Shown here one piece after another: positions 20,269 through 29,479 of a stretch of 38,291 bases of DNA. Source of the DNA: Pseudomonadota bacterium (GTDB taxonomy: Bacteria > Pseudomonadota > Alphaproteobacteria > Rhizobiales > Xanthobacteraceae); assembly GCA_018240625.1 (NCBI GenBank), contig JAFEFK010000895.1, forward strand, positions 1 to 38,291, in the 5' to 3' direction. The notes under the pieces were generated by a model. The model did not search any database, was not told where the DNA came from, and was given only the letters and a program-made list of their open reading frames with translations. Numbering within the stretch: position 1 is the first letter of the stretch; every line of letters begins with the position of its first letter. A program made the translations under genes and the position numbers.

Positions 20269-20874
20269 ATGCTGCGTCTCTATGATAGCCGGTTGTCCGG
20301 CAATGCCTGGAAAGTGCGCATTCTGCTGACGCAACTCGGCATTCCCTTCGAGCGCGTCACTCTCGATCTGGCCAAGGGCGCAACCGGCGATCCTGCGTTT
20401 CGTGCCAAGAGTCGTTTTGCGCGGGTGCCGGTGCTCGAACTCGAGGATGGGCGCACCATCGTGGAATCGGCGGCGATCATGCTCTACGTCGCCGAGGGCT
20501 CGCCATTGTTGCCCGACGACCGCTACTTGCGCGCCGAGGTCACGAGCTGGCTGACATTCGAGCAGGCGGACCTGCTGCGCGCGCTGGCGCTGCCGCGGTT
20601 CTACACCATGCGCGGCATGGCCGATCAGATGAAGAGCCGGATCGCCGATTTCCAGGAGGGCGCTTACGCCGCGCTCGCCAAGCTCGAGGCCTGGCTTTCC
20701 ACTCACGACTGGCTTGTCGATGACCGTTACACCATCGCCGACATCGGTGTGTTCGGCTATGTCGCGATGGCGGGCGAGGGCGGCTACGATATGGATAAAT
20801 TTCCGGCGATCCGCGCCTGGCTCGCGCGGGTCAAGGCCCGGCCCGGCTGGGTTCCGCTGGTTGAGGAGGCCTGA
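20269..20874 (+). CDS. Glutathione S-transferase family protein
   Basis: LYDSRLSGNAWKVRILL, RVPVLEL.DG..IVESAAIMLY, YTIADI, FPAIRAWLARV; ATG 20269 after GAGGG. Confidence 0.9.
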   Translation: MLRLYDSRLSGNAWKVRILLTQLGIPFERVTLDLAKGATGDPAFRAKSRFARVPVLELEDGRTIVESAAIMLYVAEGSPLLPDDRYLRAEVTSWLTFEQADLLRALALPRFYTMRGMADQMKSRIADFQEGAYAALAKLEAWLSTHDWLVDDRYTIADIGVFGYVAMAGEGGYDMDKFPAIRAWLARVKARPGWVPLVEEA

Positions 20875-20876
20875 CA

Positions 20877-22535
20877 ATGACAATTCCCGTACGCCGCGGC
20901 AAAGAGGTGAAGGCCGAGCGCGGCAACGTCCTGCGCTGCAAGGGCTGGCGGCAGGAGGCGATCCTGCGCTTGCTGGAGAACAACCTCGAAAATGGCGAGG
21001 ATCCCGAAAATCTCGTCATTTACATGTCGATTGCGCGGGCGGCGCGCGATTGGAAAAGCTTCGATCGCATCGTCGCGACGCTGTCGACGATGCGTGAGGA
21101 TCAGACGTTTGTGATGCAGTCCGGTAAACCGGTTGGCGTCTTTCCGGGCCAATCCACGACGCCGCTCGTCATCATGGCCAACGGCAATCTCGTCGGCGAG
21201 TGGAGCGGCGAGGATAGCCGCCGCAAGCTCGACGACATGGGACTAACCGTTTATCCTGGCATGACGGCGGCGGCCTGGCAATACATCGGCAGTCAGGGAA
21301 TCCTGCAGGGAACGTTCGAAACCTTCATGGCGATCGCGCGCCAGCATTTTGGCGGCACGCTCGCAGGACGATTGCTGCTGACGTCCGGTTGTGGCGGCAT
21401 GAGCGGCGCGCAGCCGCTTGCCGGAAAGCTCGCAGGTGCTTCGACCCTGGTGATCGAGGTCGACCGGGCTCGCATCGACCGGCGCATCGCGTCCGGCTAT
21501 TGCGATGCCGTCACGGACAACCTCGACGAGGCCATCGCGCAATGGACAGCCGCGCGTGACCAGCGACGCCCGCTGGCGCTGGCGTTGTGTGCGAACGCCG
21601 CTGTGGTGCTGCCCGAACTGGCGAGGCGCGGGATCCAGCCCGATATCGTCACCGACCAAACCTTCCCCGATCCTTTGAAAGGATATGTGCCGGCCGAATT
21701 GTCGCTGGAAGAAGCACGCGCGATGCGGTCCAGCGATCCCGGGAAGCTGATGGAGCTGGCGCGGCGATCGGTTGCGACGCATGTCCGCGCGATGCTGGGA
21801 TTCATGGATCGCGGCGCGATCGTGTTCGAATACGGTAACAGCCTGCGTGCCGAAGCGAAGGCCGCCGGTGTCGACGATGCGTTCCGCATGCGTTCCTTCG
21901 TCGATCTCTATATCCGTCCGCTGTTCTGCGAGGGCATAGGTCCGTTCCGCTGGATCGCAGTCTCCGGCGATCCGAAGGACATCTACACCATCGACGACAT
22001 GATCCTCGACACCTTTTCGTCCAACCATCCGATTGCGTCATGGATCGAAAAGGCGCGCGAACATGTCAAGTTCACAGGACTTCCGGCGCGGATCGGCTGG
22101 CTCGGCTATGGCGAGCGCAGCCGTCTGGCGTTGCTGGTCAACGACGCGGTGGCGAGCGGCAGGACTTCCGCGCCTATCGCGTTTACCCGCGATCATCTGG
22201 ACTCCGGCTCCGCCGCGCTTCCGCATCGAGAGACCGAGAACATGAAGGACGGCTCGGATGCCATCGCGGACTGGCCGATCCTGAATGCGCTGCTCAACTG
22301 CTCGTCCGGCGCCGATCTCGTCGCGGTTCATGGTCTTGGCGGGCGTGGCGTCAGCGCAGGGGTCACCATCGTCGCGGACGGCAATCCGGCGACTGCCGAA
22401 CGGCTCAAGCGGGTTCTGGATGGCGATCCGGGGATTGGTGTGCTGCGACATGCAGACGCCGGTTACGATATCGCGATCGAGCAAGCCAAACGTACCGGTT
22501 TGTCCGCGACGCTCCCGCTGGGATTGCCCGGCTGA
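20877..22535 (+). CDS. Urocanate hydratase paralog (divergent; candidate thiourocanate/substituted-urocanate hydratase)
   Basis: Colinear with HutU (AARDWKSF, QSGKPVG, YIGSQGILQGT, GGMSGAQP, TDQT, YGN, IRPLFC.GIGPFRW, RDHLDSG, RETE.MKDGSDA.ADWP.LNALLN, RHADAGY) but with substitutions at conserved active-site motifs. Confidence 0.88.
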   Translation: MTIPVRRGKEVKAERGNVLRCKGWRQEAILRLLENNLENGEDPENLVIYMSIARAARDWKSFDRIVATLSTMREDQTFVMQSGKPVGVFPGQSTTPLVIMANGNLVGEWSGEDSRRKLDDMGLTVYPGMTAAAWQYIGSQGILQGTFETFMAIARQHFGGTLAGRLLLTSGCGGMSGAQPLAGKLAGASTLVIEVDRARIDRRIASGYCDAVTDNLDEAIAQWTAARDQRRPLALALCANAAVVLPELARRGIQPDIVTDQTFPDPLKGYVPAELSLEEARAMRSSDPGKLMELARRSVATHVRAMLGFMDRGAIVFEYGNSLRAEAKAAGVDDAFRMRSFVDLYIRPLFCEGIGPFRWIAVSGDPKDIYTIDDMILDTFSSNHPIASWIEKAREHVKFTGLPARIGWLGYGERSRLALLVNDAVASGRTSAPIAFTRDHLDSGSAALPHRETENMKDGSDAIADWPILNALLNCSSGADLVAVHGLGGRGVSAGVTIVADGNPATAERLKRVLDGDPGIGVLRHADAGYDIAIEQAKRTGLSATLPLGLPG

Positions 22536-22569
22536 TGCTGGATTGTTGACTTCCTCAGCCCCTGCAATA

Positions 22570-22581
22570 ATGTATAGACAT
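22570..22581. promoter_or_regulatory. HutC-type operator overlapping a likely sigma70 promoter of the OCD-like gene
   Basis: ATGTATAGACAT near-palindrome; its core TGTATAGACA is the exact reverse complement of the core at hutI/hutF. TTGACT at 22546-22551 and TAATGT at 22568-22573 are plausible -35/-10 elements. Confidence 0.75.
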
Positions 22582-22631
22582 ATTGAATTGCAGTGCCGAC
22601 GACCGACCGCGGCCGCCGGCGAGGAGGTTCC

Positions 22632-23633
22632 TTGCCGCCGATCTACATCACCTATCTGAACCGTCTCGATATCGAAGAACTGAAGATCACCGACGACGAA
22701 ATCCTGTCGGCGATCGAGGCGAGCCTTGCCAGCCAGGGCCGGGGCGAGACGGTGATCGAACCGCGCATGCATCTCGAACCGGGTGTCGCCAACGGCCATT
22801 TCAACGTGCTGCGCGGCGCGATCAAGGAACCGATCGACAGCGCGGGCGTGAAGATCGTCGGTGACTTCGTCGATAACTACAAGCTCGGTTTTCCGTCCGA
22901 ACTCGCGATCCTCGCCCTGTTCGATCCGCGAACCGGAGCGCCCAAAGCGATCCTTGATGCGAGCGGCATCACCGACATGCGCACCGGCGCAGTGACCGCC
23001 ATCGGCGCCAAGCATCTGGCGCGGAAGAATTCCAAAATACTCGGTCATGTTGGCGCGCGAGGGACGGCCTACTGGAACGTGCGGCTGCTCAATCACCTGT
23101 TCGACTTCGACGAAATCCGCGTGCATTCGCGTCGCGAGGAAAGCCGTAACAGCTTTGCGGAGCGATTGAGCCGCGATCTCGGCAAGAAAGTCATTGCAAC
23201 GAGCGATTGGCAGAGTTGCATCGAAGGCGCCGATATCGTTGTGGAAGCATCGCGGCTCGACAAGCCGACGCCGATGTTGAAAACGTCCTGGATTAAGAAA
23301 GGGGCCTTCGTCGTTCCCTATGGCACCATGAGCGCGATCGAGCTCTCGCTCACCGACATCATGACGAAACTGGTCGTTGACGACTGGGGTCAGTGCAAGG
23401 GCGGCAAGTTCGGCAGCCTGCGCGCGCACGTCGAGGCAGGCAAGCTGTCGGAAAAGACCTTGCACGCCGAACTCGGGCAGATCGTAGCGGGTTTGAAGCC
23501 GGGGCGGGAAAGCGACGCCGAGACCAATCTGTTCTGGCACCGCGGCCTGTCCCTGTCGGATATCGCGCTCGGACATGCCATGCTGGAGAAATCGAAACGG
23601 CTCGGTCTCGGACAGCGGCTGCGCTTCGCATGA
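22632..23633 (+). CDS. Ornithine cyclodeaminase/mu-crystallin family protein
   Basis: GVKIVGDF.DN, ALFDP.TG.P.AILDA..ITDMRTGA, Rossmann GHVGARGTA, GADIVV, ELGQIVAG.KPGRE, GLSLSD; TTG 22632 after GAGGAGG. Confidence 0.88.
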   Translation: MPPIYITYLNRLDIEELKITDDEILSAIEASLASQGRGETVIEPRMHLEPGVANGHFNVLRGAIKEPIDSAGVKIVGDFVDNYKLGFPSELAILALFDPRTGAPKAILDASGITDMRTGAVTAIGAKHLARKNSKILGHVGARGTAYWNVRLLNHLFDFDEIRVHSRREESRNSFAERLSRDLGKKVIATSDWQSCIEGADIVVEASRLDKPTPMLKTSWIKKGAFVVPYGTMSAIELSLTDIMTKLVVDDWGQCKGGKFGSLRAHVEAGKLSEKTLHAELGQIVAGLKPGRESDAETNLFWHRGLSLSDIALGHAMLEKSKRLGLGQRLRFA

Positions 23634-23641
23634 GTTGAACC

Positions 23642-24454
23642 ATGCCTTACCTCGCAAACGCGCGGATGTATTCGGTCAATCCCGGCGCGGCGTTTGCGTG
23701 GAGGGACTTGTTTGCGTGGCTGGCGGAGGCGAGCGGTGTCGACCTGAATATAATCGATCACGCTTTTCCTGCGCCGCTGGCGGCGTTGTGGTCGCGCCCC
23801 GATCTCGGCTGCGCGTTCATGTGCGGCTTTCCCTACAAGCTGTCGGATCATCCGCCGAAGCCGGTGGCGGTTCCGATTCCGTCGCAGGGGCCGGTCATCG
23901 GGCGGGCGCTTTATGCGACACGGCTCATCGTGAAGGCGAATTCTCGCTTTCAGTCGCTGGAGGAGACGTTCGCCGGCCGGCTCGGCTACACGGTCTCGGA
24001 CTCGCATTCGGGCTACAATGCGTTGCGTCACCATCTGTTGGGCTATCGGCGGAAAGCGGGCGGCAACCTCTACCGTGAAAGCATCGGGCCGCTCACGACG
24101 CCGCGGCGGGTGATCGAGGCGGTTCTTGCCGGCGAGATCGATATCGGGCCGCTCGATAGCTATGCGCTCGATTTGATGCGGCGGCACGATCAAGCTCTCG
24201 CGTCACAGATAAGGGTCGTCGCGACGACGGATGTCGCGCCCATTCCGTTCCTGATCGCGGGGAGGGACTGCCCCGATGATGTGGTGCTGGCCTTGCAGGC
24301 AGCGTTGTTGAAATTCGGTGACGTTGCGGCGTGCGCCGACCTCAGGGATCGGCTTTGCCTGAAAGGCTTCGCTCCGGTCGCAGTCGGGGATTACGATTTG
24401 ATGCTGCGCTGGGATGCCGAGGCGCGCGCTGCGGGCTATGGGTGTCCGGGCTGA
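23642..24454 (+). CDS. PhnD/SsuA-like binding-protein-fold protein lacking a signal peptide
   Basis: FMCGFPY, Y.TRLIV.A.S.FQSLE, DSHSGYNALR, V.AG.IDIGPLDSY, IRVVATT..APIPFL are typical of PhnD-like proteins; the N-terminus MPYLANARMY has no hydrophobic signal. Confidence 0.7.
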   Translation: MPYLANARMYSVNPGAAFAWRDLFAWLAEASGVDLNIIDHAFPAPLAALWSRPDLGCAFMCGFPYKLSDHPPKPVAVPIPSQGPVIGRALYATRLIVKANSRFQSLEETFAGRLGYTVSDSHSGYNALRHHLLGYRRKAGGNLYRESIGPLTTPRRVIEAVLAGEIDIGPLDSYALDLMRRHDQALASQIRVVATTDVAPIPFLIAGRDCPDDVVLALQAALLKFGDVAACADLRDRLCLKGFAPVAVGDYDLMLRWDAEARAAGYGCPG

Positions 24455-24498
24455 TCTCGGGTTAGCGAGAGCAGGTCGCCAGCATTCGCCCTGACCGA

Positions 24499-25074
24499 TT
24501 ATTGGGCCGTGAGCCAGATCAGATGGCAATTGCTCGTGGCTGGCACGATCCGAAAATCGGTCGTTGTTGCGCGGTCGATAAGAGCCGCGTCGCCGTGTTC
24601 GAGTGTTGCTGTGTTCTCGCCGGCGATGATTTCGGTCGTGCCGTTGAGCGATAGAACGACGGCGATCTGGTTATCGCCGAAATCGCAGGACATCGACGTC
24701 GAGACCCGCACCAGATGGTGCCGGAAGCAGCCATGCCGCGTCATGATGTTCAGGTCAGTGATTTCGCCGGCGGTCAGGCGTGCCGACGTCGGCGTATCGC
24801 CGGCGAAGCTGATGGGGGCCGTTCCATCGGCCAGCGTCACCGGCGCGCGGTTGCCGATGGTCAGTATCAGGCCATTCCCCTTAACGACCGCGAGCGTGCG
24901 GTCGATGCCGGGGAAATTGGAGAACGGTCCATCGGAGGCGACCACCGCCATGCTGATGCGCCAGTCGAAATCATCCAGAGATGCATCGGCCGGCGCGACC
25001 GCGATTTCCGTGGTCGAGCCGCCGCCGTTCTTCCACGGCGTCATCTTGCAGTCGCTGGCGCGAATGATCCGCAC
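24499..25074 (-). CDS. hutD: HutD/Ves family protein
   Basis: PWKNGGGSTTEIA, FDWRISMA.V..DGPFS.FPGIDR, DLNIMTR; GTG 25074 just after the hutU stop. Confidence 0.92.
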   Translation of the reverse strand: MRIIRASDCKMTPWKNGGGSTTEIAVAPADASLDDFDWRISMAVVASDGPFSNFPGIDRTLAVVKGNGLILTIGNRAPVTLADGTAPISFAGDTPTSARLTAGEITDLNIMTRHGCFRHHLVRVSTSMSCDFGDNQIAVVLSLNGTTEIIAGENTATLEHGDAALIDRATTTDFRIVPATSNCHLIWLTAQ

Positions 25075-25081
25075 GGCAATC

Positions 25082-26746
25082 TTATGCCAGACCGGGCAGG
25101 TCGAGATGGTGCTGCCGCGCGCAGTCGATTGCGATGTCGTAACCGGCGTCGGCATGACGCATCACGCCGCTCGCCGGATCGTTCCACAGGACGCGCTCGA
25201 GACGGGCCGCCGCCTCGGGCGTGCCGTCGCAAACGATCACCATGCCGGCGTGTTGCGAAAAGCCGATGCCGACGCCGCCGCCATGATGCAGCGAGACCCA
25301 GGTGGCGCCGCTCGCACAGTTCAGTAGCGCATTGAGCAGCGGCCAATCAGAGACGGCATCGGAGCCGTCCTTCATCGATTCCGTCTCGCGGTTTGGCGAG
25401 GCGACCGAGCCGGAATCGAGATGGTCGCGGCCGATTACGACAGGCGCCTTCAATTCGCCGTTCGCCACCATCTCGTTGAAGGCAAGTCCGAGCCGATGGC
25501 GATCGCCGAGGCCGACCCAGCAGATGCGCGCCGGCAGGCCCTGGAATGCGATGCGTTCGCGCGCCATGTCGAGCCAGTGATGCAGCGGCGCATTGTCGGG
25601 CAGCAGTTCCTTGACCTTGGCGTCGGTGCGATAGATATCCTCGGGATCGCCGGACAGCGCCGCCCAGCGGAACGGACCGATGCCGCGGCAGAACAGCGGC
25701 CGGATATAGGCCGGCACAAAGCCCGGGAAATCGAAGGCGTCCTTGACGCCTTCCTCGAACGCCATCTGGCGGATATTGTTGCCGTAATCGACCACGGGAA
25801 TGCCCATGCGGTGAAAGTCCAGCATGGCGCGGACGTGTTCGGCCATCGACTTCCGCGCCGCCGCTGCGACGCCTTTCTGGTCGGTCTCGCGCCGGGCTTC
25901 CCATTCGCCGGGCGTCCAGCCTTTCGGCAGATAGCCGTTGACGGGATCGTGCGCCGACGTCTGGTCGGTGACGGCGTCGGGCCGCACGCCGCGCCGTACC
26001 AGTTCAGGAAATATCTCGGCGGCATTCCCGAGCAATCCGACTGAAACCGGCTTCCGGTCGCGGCACGCCTGTTCAATGATTGCCAGCGCCTCATCGAGGT
26101 TCTTGGCCTGACGGTCGAGGTAGCGGGTGCGCAGCCGCATCTCGATTCGAGACGGCTGGCATTCGACGGCGAGGCACGATGCGCCGGCCATCACGGCGGC
26201 GAGCGGCTGCGCCCCGCCCATGCCGCCAAGTCCCGCCGTCAAAATCCATTTGCCCGAGAGATCGCCACCGAAATGCTGCCGGCCCATCTCGACGAAGGTT
26301 TCATAAGTGCCTTGAATAATGCCCTGGCTGCCGATGTAGATCCAGGAACCGGCCGTCATCTGGCCGTACATCATGAGACCTTTGCGGTCGAGCAAATTGA
26401 AATGCTCCCAAGTGCCCCAGTGTGGCACCAGGTTCGAGTTGGCGATCAGCACGCGAGGCGCATCGGCATGGGTGCGAAAGACGCCGACCGGCTTGCCCGA
26501 CTGCACGAGGAGCGTCCGGTCACCTTCCAGCCGTTTCAGTGTCGCGACGATCCGGTCAAAGCTTTCCCAGTCGCGCGCGGCGCGACCGATGCCGCCATAG
26601 ACCACGAGCTCGCTCGGCTTTTCGGCGACGTCAGGATCGAGATTGTTCATCAGCATGCGCATCGGCGCTTCGGTGAGCCAGGATTTTGCGGTCAACGTAT
26701 TGCCGTGTGCCGCACGGATCACGCGGGCATTGTCGATGCGAGTCAT
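25082..26746 (-). CDS. hutU: Urocanate hydratase (canonical)
   Basis: MTRIDNAR start at 26746; [54 protein letters not shown]. Confidence 0.97.
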   Translation of the reverse strand: MTRIDNARVIRAAHGNTLTAKSWLTEAPMRMLMNNLDPDVAEKPSELVVYGGIGRAARDWESFDRIVATLKRLEGDRTLLVQSGKPVGVFRTHADAPRVLIANSNLVPHWGTWEHFNLLDRKGLMMYGQMTAGSWIYIGSQGIIQGTYETFVEMGRQHFGGDLSGKWILTAGLGGMGGAQPLAAVMAGASCLAVECQPSRIEMRLRTRYLDRQAKNLDEALAIIEQACRDRKPVSVGLLGNAAEIFPELVRRGVRPDAVTDQTSAHDPVNGYLPKGWTPGEWEARRETDQKGVAAAARKSMAEHVRAMLDFHRMGIPVVDYGNNIRQMAFEEGVKDAFDFPGFVPAYIRPLFCRGIGPFRWAALSGDPEDIYRTDAKVKELLPDNAPLHHWLDMARERIAFQGLPARICWVGLGDRHRLGLAFNEMVANGELKAPVVIGRDHLDSGSVASPNRETESMKDGSDAVSDWPLLNALLNCASGATWVSLHHGGGVGIGFSQHAGMVIVCDGTPEAAARLERVLWNDPASGVMRHADAGYDIAIDCARQHHLDLPGLA

Positions 26747-28008
26747 GTCATAATTCCTTGGCGGCAATGATCTCGGTTGCGGGGCACGGGAGGACGGGAG
26801 ATACCTCGCCACACCCGGGCGTAAAGCGGATTGAACCCAATTCGGTAGACCAGTTCGGCAGGCCGCTCGATATTCCAGATTGCGAGATCGCAGGATTTGC
26901 CCGCATCCAGGCTTCCGACCTGATCGAACAGGCCGAGCGCGCGCGCGGCCTCGCGCGTTACCGCGGCAAGGCATTCGTCGACGGTGAGACGGAACAAGGT
27001 CGCGCCCATGTTCATCGTGAGCAGCAACGAGGTCAGCGGCGATGTGCCCGGATTGCTGTCGGTCGCAAGCGCGATAGCCACCCCGTGACGGCGCATCGCC
27101 TCGATCGGCGGCATCTGGTGCTCGCGGATGAAATAGAAGGCGCCCGGCAAAACAACCGCGACGGTGCCGGCGCGGGCCATGGCTGCGATGCCGTCGTCAT
27201 CGGTATATTCGAGATGGTCGGCCGATAGCGCGCCGAAACGGGCCGCGAGCGCCGCGCCATGCAGGTTCGACAACTGGTCGGCATGCAGGCGAACCGGAAG
27301 GCCGAGCGATTTGGCCTTTGCGAAGACCTGTGCGGTCTGCTCCACCGAAAACGCAATGCCTTCGCAGAAGGCGTCGACGGCATCGGCAAGCTGGTCGGCG
27401 GCGATCGCGGGCAGCATCGTATCGCAAACCGTATCGATATAGCCGGATTTGTTGCCGGCCATCTCCGGAGGGAGAGCGTGGGCGCCGAGAAAAGTCGTGC
27501 GAACGGAAATGTCGCGCTGGTCTGGGAGGCCACGCGCGGCCCGCAACTGCCGGCGTTCGGTCTCGAGTTCGAGACCATAGCCGGACTTGATCTCAATGGT
27601 GGTCACGCCTTCGGCGATCAGCGCATCGAGCCGGGGCAGCGCCGCCGACATCAGTTCCTCGGTGCTCGCCTGGCGTGTCGCCTTCACCGTCGAGACGATA
27701 CCGCCGCCTGCGCGCGCGATTTCCTCGTAGCTTGCACCGGCCAGACGCTGCTCGAATTCCTGCGCGCGGTTGCCTCCGTAAACCAGATGCGTGTGGCAGT
27801 CGATCAGACCGGGCGTGATCCAGCGGCCGTCGCAATCGGTTCGCTGCTTTGCATCGATCTCCGATGGCGCATCGGCGGCAGGGCCGGCATACACGATACG
27901 GCCGTCACGGGCGGCGATCAGGCCGTCATCGATCAGACCGAGACCCTGGCGCGAGGGCGAAAGCGTAGCAAGACGACACCGGTGCCAGATATGGTCGACG
28001 AGGGTCAT
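26743..28008 (-). CDS. hutI: Imidazolonepropionase
   Basis: [60 protein letters not shown]. Confidence 0.97.
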   Translation of the reverse strand: MTLVDHIWHRCRLATLSPSRQGLGLIDDGLIAARDGRIVYAGPAADAPSEIDAKQRTDCDGRWITPGLIDCHTHLVYGGNRAQEFEQRLAGASYEEIARAGGGIVSTVKATRQASTEELMSAALPRLDALIAEGVTTIEIKSGYGLELETERRQLRAARGLPDQRDISVRTTFLGAHALPPEMAGNKSGYIDTVCDTMLPAIAADQLADAVDAFCEGIAFSVEQTAQVFAKAKSLGLPVRLHADQLSNLHGAALAARFGALSADHLEYTDDDGIAAMARAGTVAVVLPGAFYFIREHQMPPIEAMRRHGVAIALATDSNPGTSPLTSLLLTMNMGATLFRLTVDECLAAVTREAARALGLFDQVGSLDAGKSCDLAIWNIERPAELVYRIGFNPLYARVWRGISRPPVPRNRDHCRQGIMT

Positions 28009-28056
28009 GAGGCATGCGCCGCTTTACTGCAGGGAACGCTTGGCAAGTGCGTTTAT

Positions 28057-28068
28057 TTGTCTATACAT
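28057..28068. promoter_or_regulatory. HutC operator between divergent hutI and hutF
   Basis: TTGTCTATACAT matches the known HutC TGTA-N2-TACA-type palindrome and sits in the expected position. Confidence 0.85.
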
Positions 28069-28120
28069 ATTATAGCCGTCCGAGGCTGTCCAGAGCTTCG
28101 CGCGGGATTGGGAGAAGAGG

Positions 28121-29479
28121 GTGGCCGGACTGTTCTTCGATGAAGCGCTGCTGCCGCAAGGCTGGGCGCGCAATGTCAGGCTGGCGATCGATGGCGGCCG
28201 ATTTGCGAGCGTCGAGACGAACGTTTCGCCGGCTCCCGGTGATGAGCGTCATCGGATCGGGCTTCCCGGAATGCCCAATCTGCACAGCCATGCGTTCCAG
28301 CGCGGCATGGCGGGGCTCGCGGAAATCAGGGGCGGCGCATCGGACAGTTTCTGGACCTGGCGCGAGGTGATGTACCGCTTCGTCGGGCGCATGACCGCCG
28401 ATGATATCGAGGCGGTGGCGGCGCAGGCCTATGTCGAGATGCTGGAAGCCGGGTTCACTCGCGTCGGCGAATTCCATTACATCCATCACGATGCGTCGGG
28501 CGCGCGTTATGACAACATCGGCGAACTGGCCGAGCGCGTCGCGTCATCGGCGCAAACCACCGGCATCGGACTCACCCTGCTGCCGGTGTTCTATGCCCAT
28601 GCGGGATTCGGCGGCCGCGCGTCCGAGCAAAACCAGCGCCGTTTCATCAACAGCATCGACGGATTTTCGAAACTGATGGCAGCTTGCAGGCGCGCCATCG
28701 CCGGCCAGCAGGGCGCAATTCTCGGGTTTGCTCCGCATTCCTTGCGCGCAGTGACGCCGGACGAACTTGCGGCGCTTCTGCAGTTGGACGACGAATGCCC
28801 CGTTCACATGCATATCGCCGAGCAGACCCGCGAGGTCGATGACTGCATGCAATGGAGCGGTCAACGGCCGTTGCAATGGCTCTTCAACCATGTGGAGATC
28901 GATCGCCGCTGGTGTCTCATTCATGCCACGCACGCAACGCCCGATGAAGTCGCACGTCTGGCGCGAAGCGGCGCCGTCGCCGGACTGTGCCCGGTGACCG
29001 AGGCCAACCTGGGCGACGGCACGTTCAGCGCCGCGGAATTCTGTGATCATGGCGGCGCATTCGGCGTCGGTTCGGATTCCAACGTACTGATCGGTGTCAG
29101 CGACGAACTCCGTCAGCTGGAATATTCGCAGCGGCTGGCGCATCGGGCGCGCAATGTCCTCGCGGGATCGGCGGCCTCCACCGGCCGAACATTGTTCGAA
29201 GGTGCGGTGACCGGCGGATCGCAGGCGCTTGGCGTCGCTTCCCCGGGTCTTGTCGAAGGCGGGTTTGCGGATATCGTCAGCCTCGATCCCGAACACGTTG
29301 CGCTTGCCGGCCGGTCTGGCGATGCGATACTCGATAGCTGGATCTTTGCGACAAGCCGCTCGCCGGTGGATTGCGTCTGGGCACGCGGCCGCAATGTCGT
29401 GCGCGGCGGCCGTCATCGTGCGAGTGACGCGATCGCACGGCGCTTTCGGCAAGTACTACAGGGGCTGCTCGGCGCATGA
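28121..29479 (+). CDS. hutF: Formiminoglutamate deiminase
   Basis: PNLHSHAFQR, SFWTWREVMY, GEFHY.HH, APHSLRAV, HIAEQ..EV, HATH, TEANLGDG, GSDSN. Confidence 0.96.
   Translation: MAGLFFDEALLPQGWARNVRLAIDGGRFASVETNVSPAPGDERHRIGLPGMPNLHSHAFQRGMAGLAEIRGGASDSFWTWREVMYRFVGRMTADDIEAVAAQAYVEMLEAGFTRVGEFHYIHHDASGARYDNIGELAERVASSAQTTGIGLTLLPVFYAHAGFGGRASEQNQRRFINSIDGFSKLMAACRRAIAGQQGAILGFAPHSLRAVTPDELAALLQLDDECPVHMHIAEQTREVDDCMQWSGQRPLQWLFNHVEIDRRWCLIHATHATPDEVARLARSGAVAGLCPVTEANLGDGTFSAAEFCDHGGAFGVGSDSNVLIGVSDELRQLEYSQRLAHRARNVLAGSAASTGRTLFEGAVTGGSQALGVASPGLVEGGFADIVSLDPEHVALAGRSGDAILDSWIFATSRSPVDCVWARGRNVVRGGRHRASDAIARRFRQVLQGLLGA

Noticed and set aside
22243-22300. DNA similarity to hutU (about 25320-25375) in inverted orientation
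   Set aside because: Reflects conserved MKDGSDA.DWP.LNALLN coding in paralogs, not a repeat or mobile element.
22038-23657. 539-aa minus-strand ORF, and similar long ORFs at 8512-9498, 13613-14632, 15060-15953, 19142-20158, 28544-29452 and 31174-32247
   Set aside because: Antisense shadows of well-supported genes, common in high-GC DNA; no recognisable motifs.
26747-26974. 76-aa N-terminal extension of HutU in the ORF track
   Set aside because: Overlaps hutI; homology begins at MTRIDN (26746), which has an AAGGA RBS.
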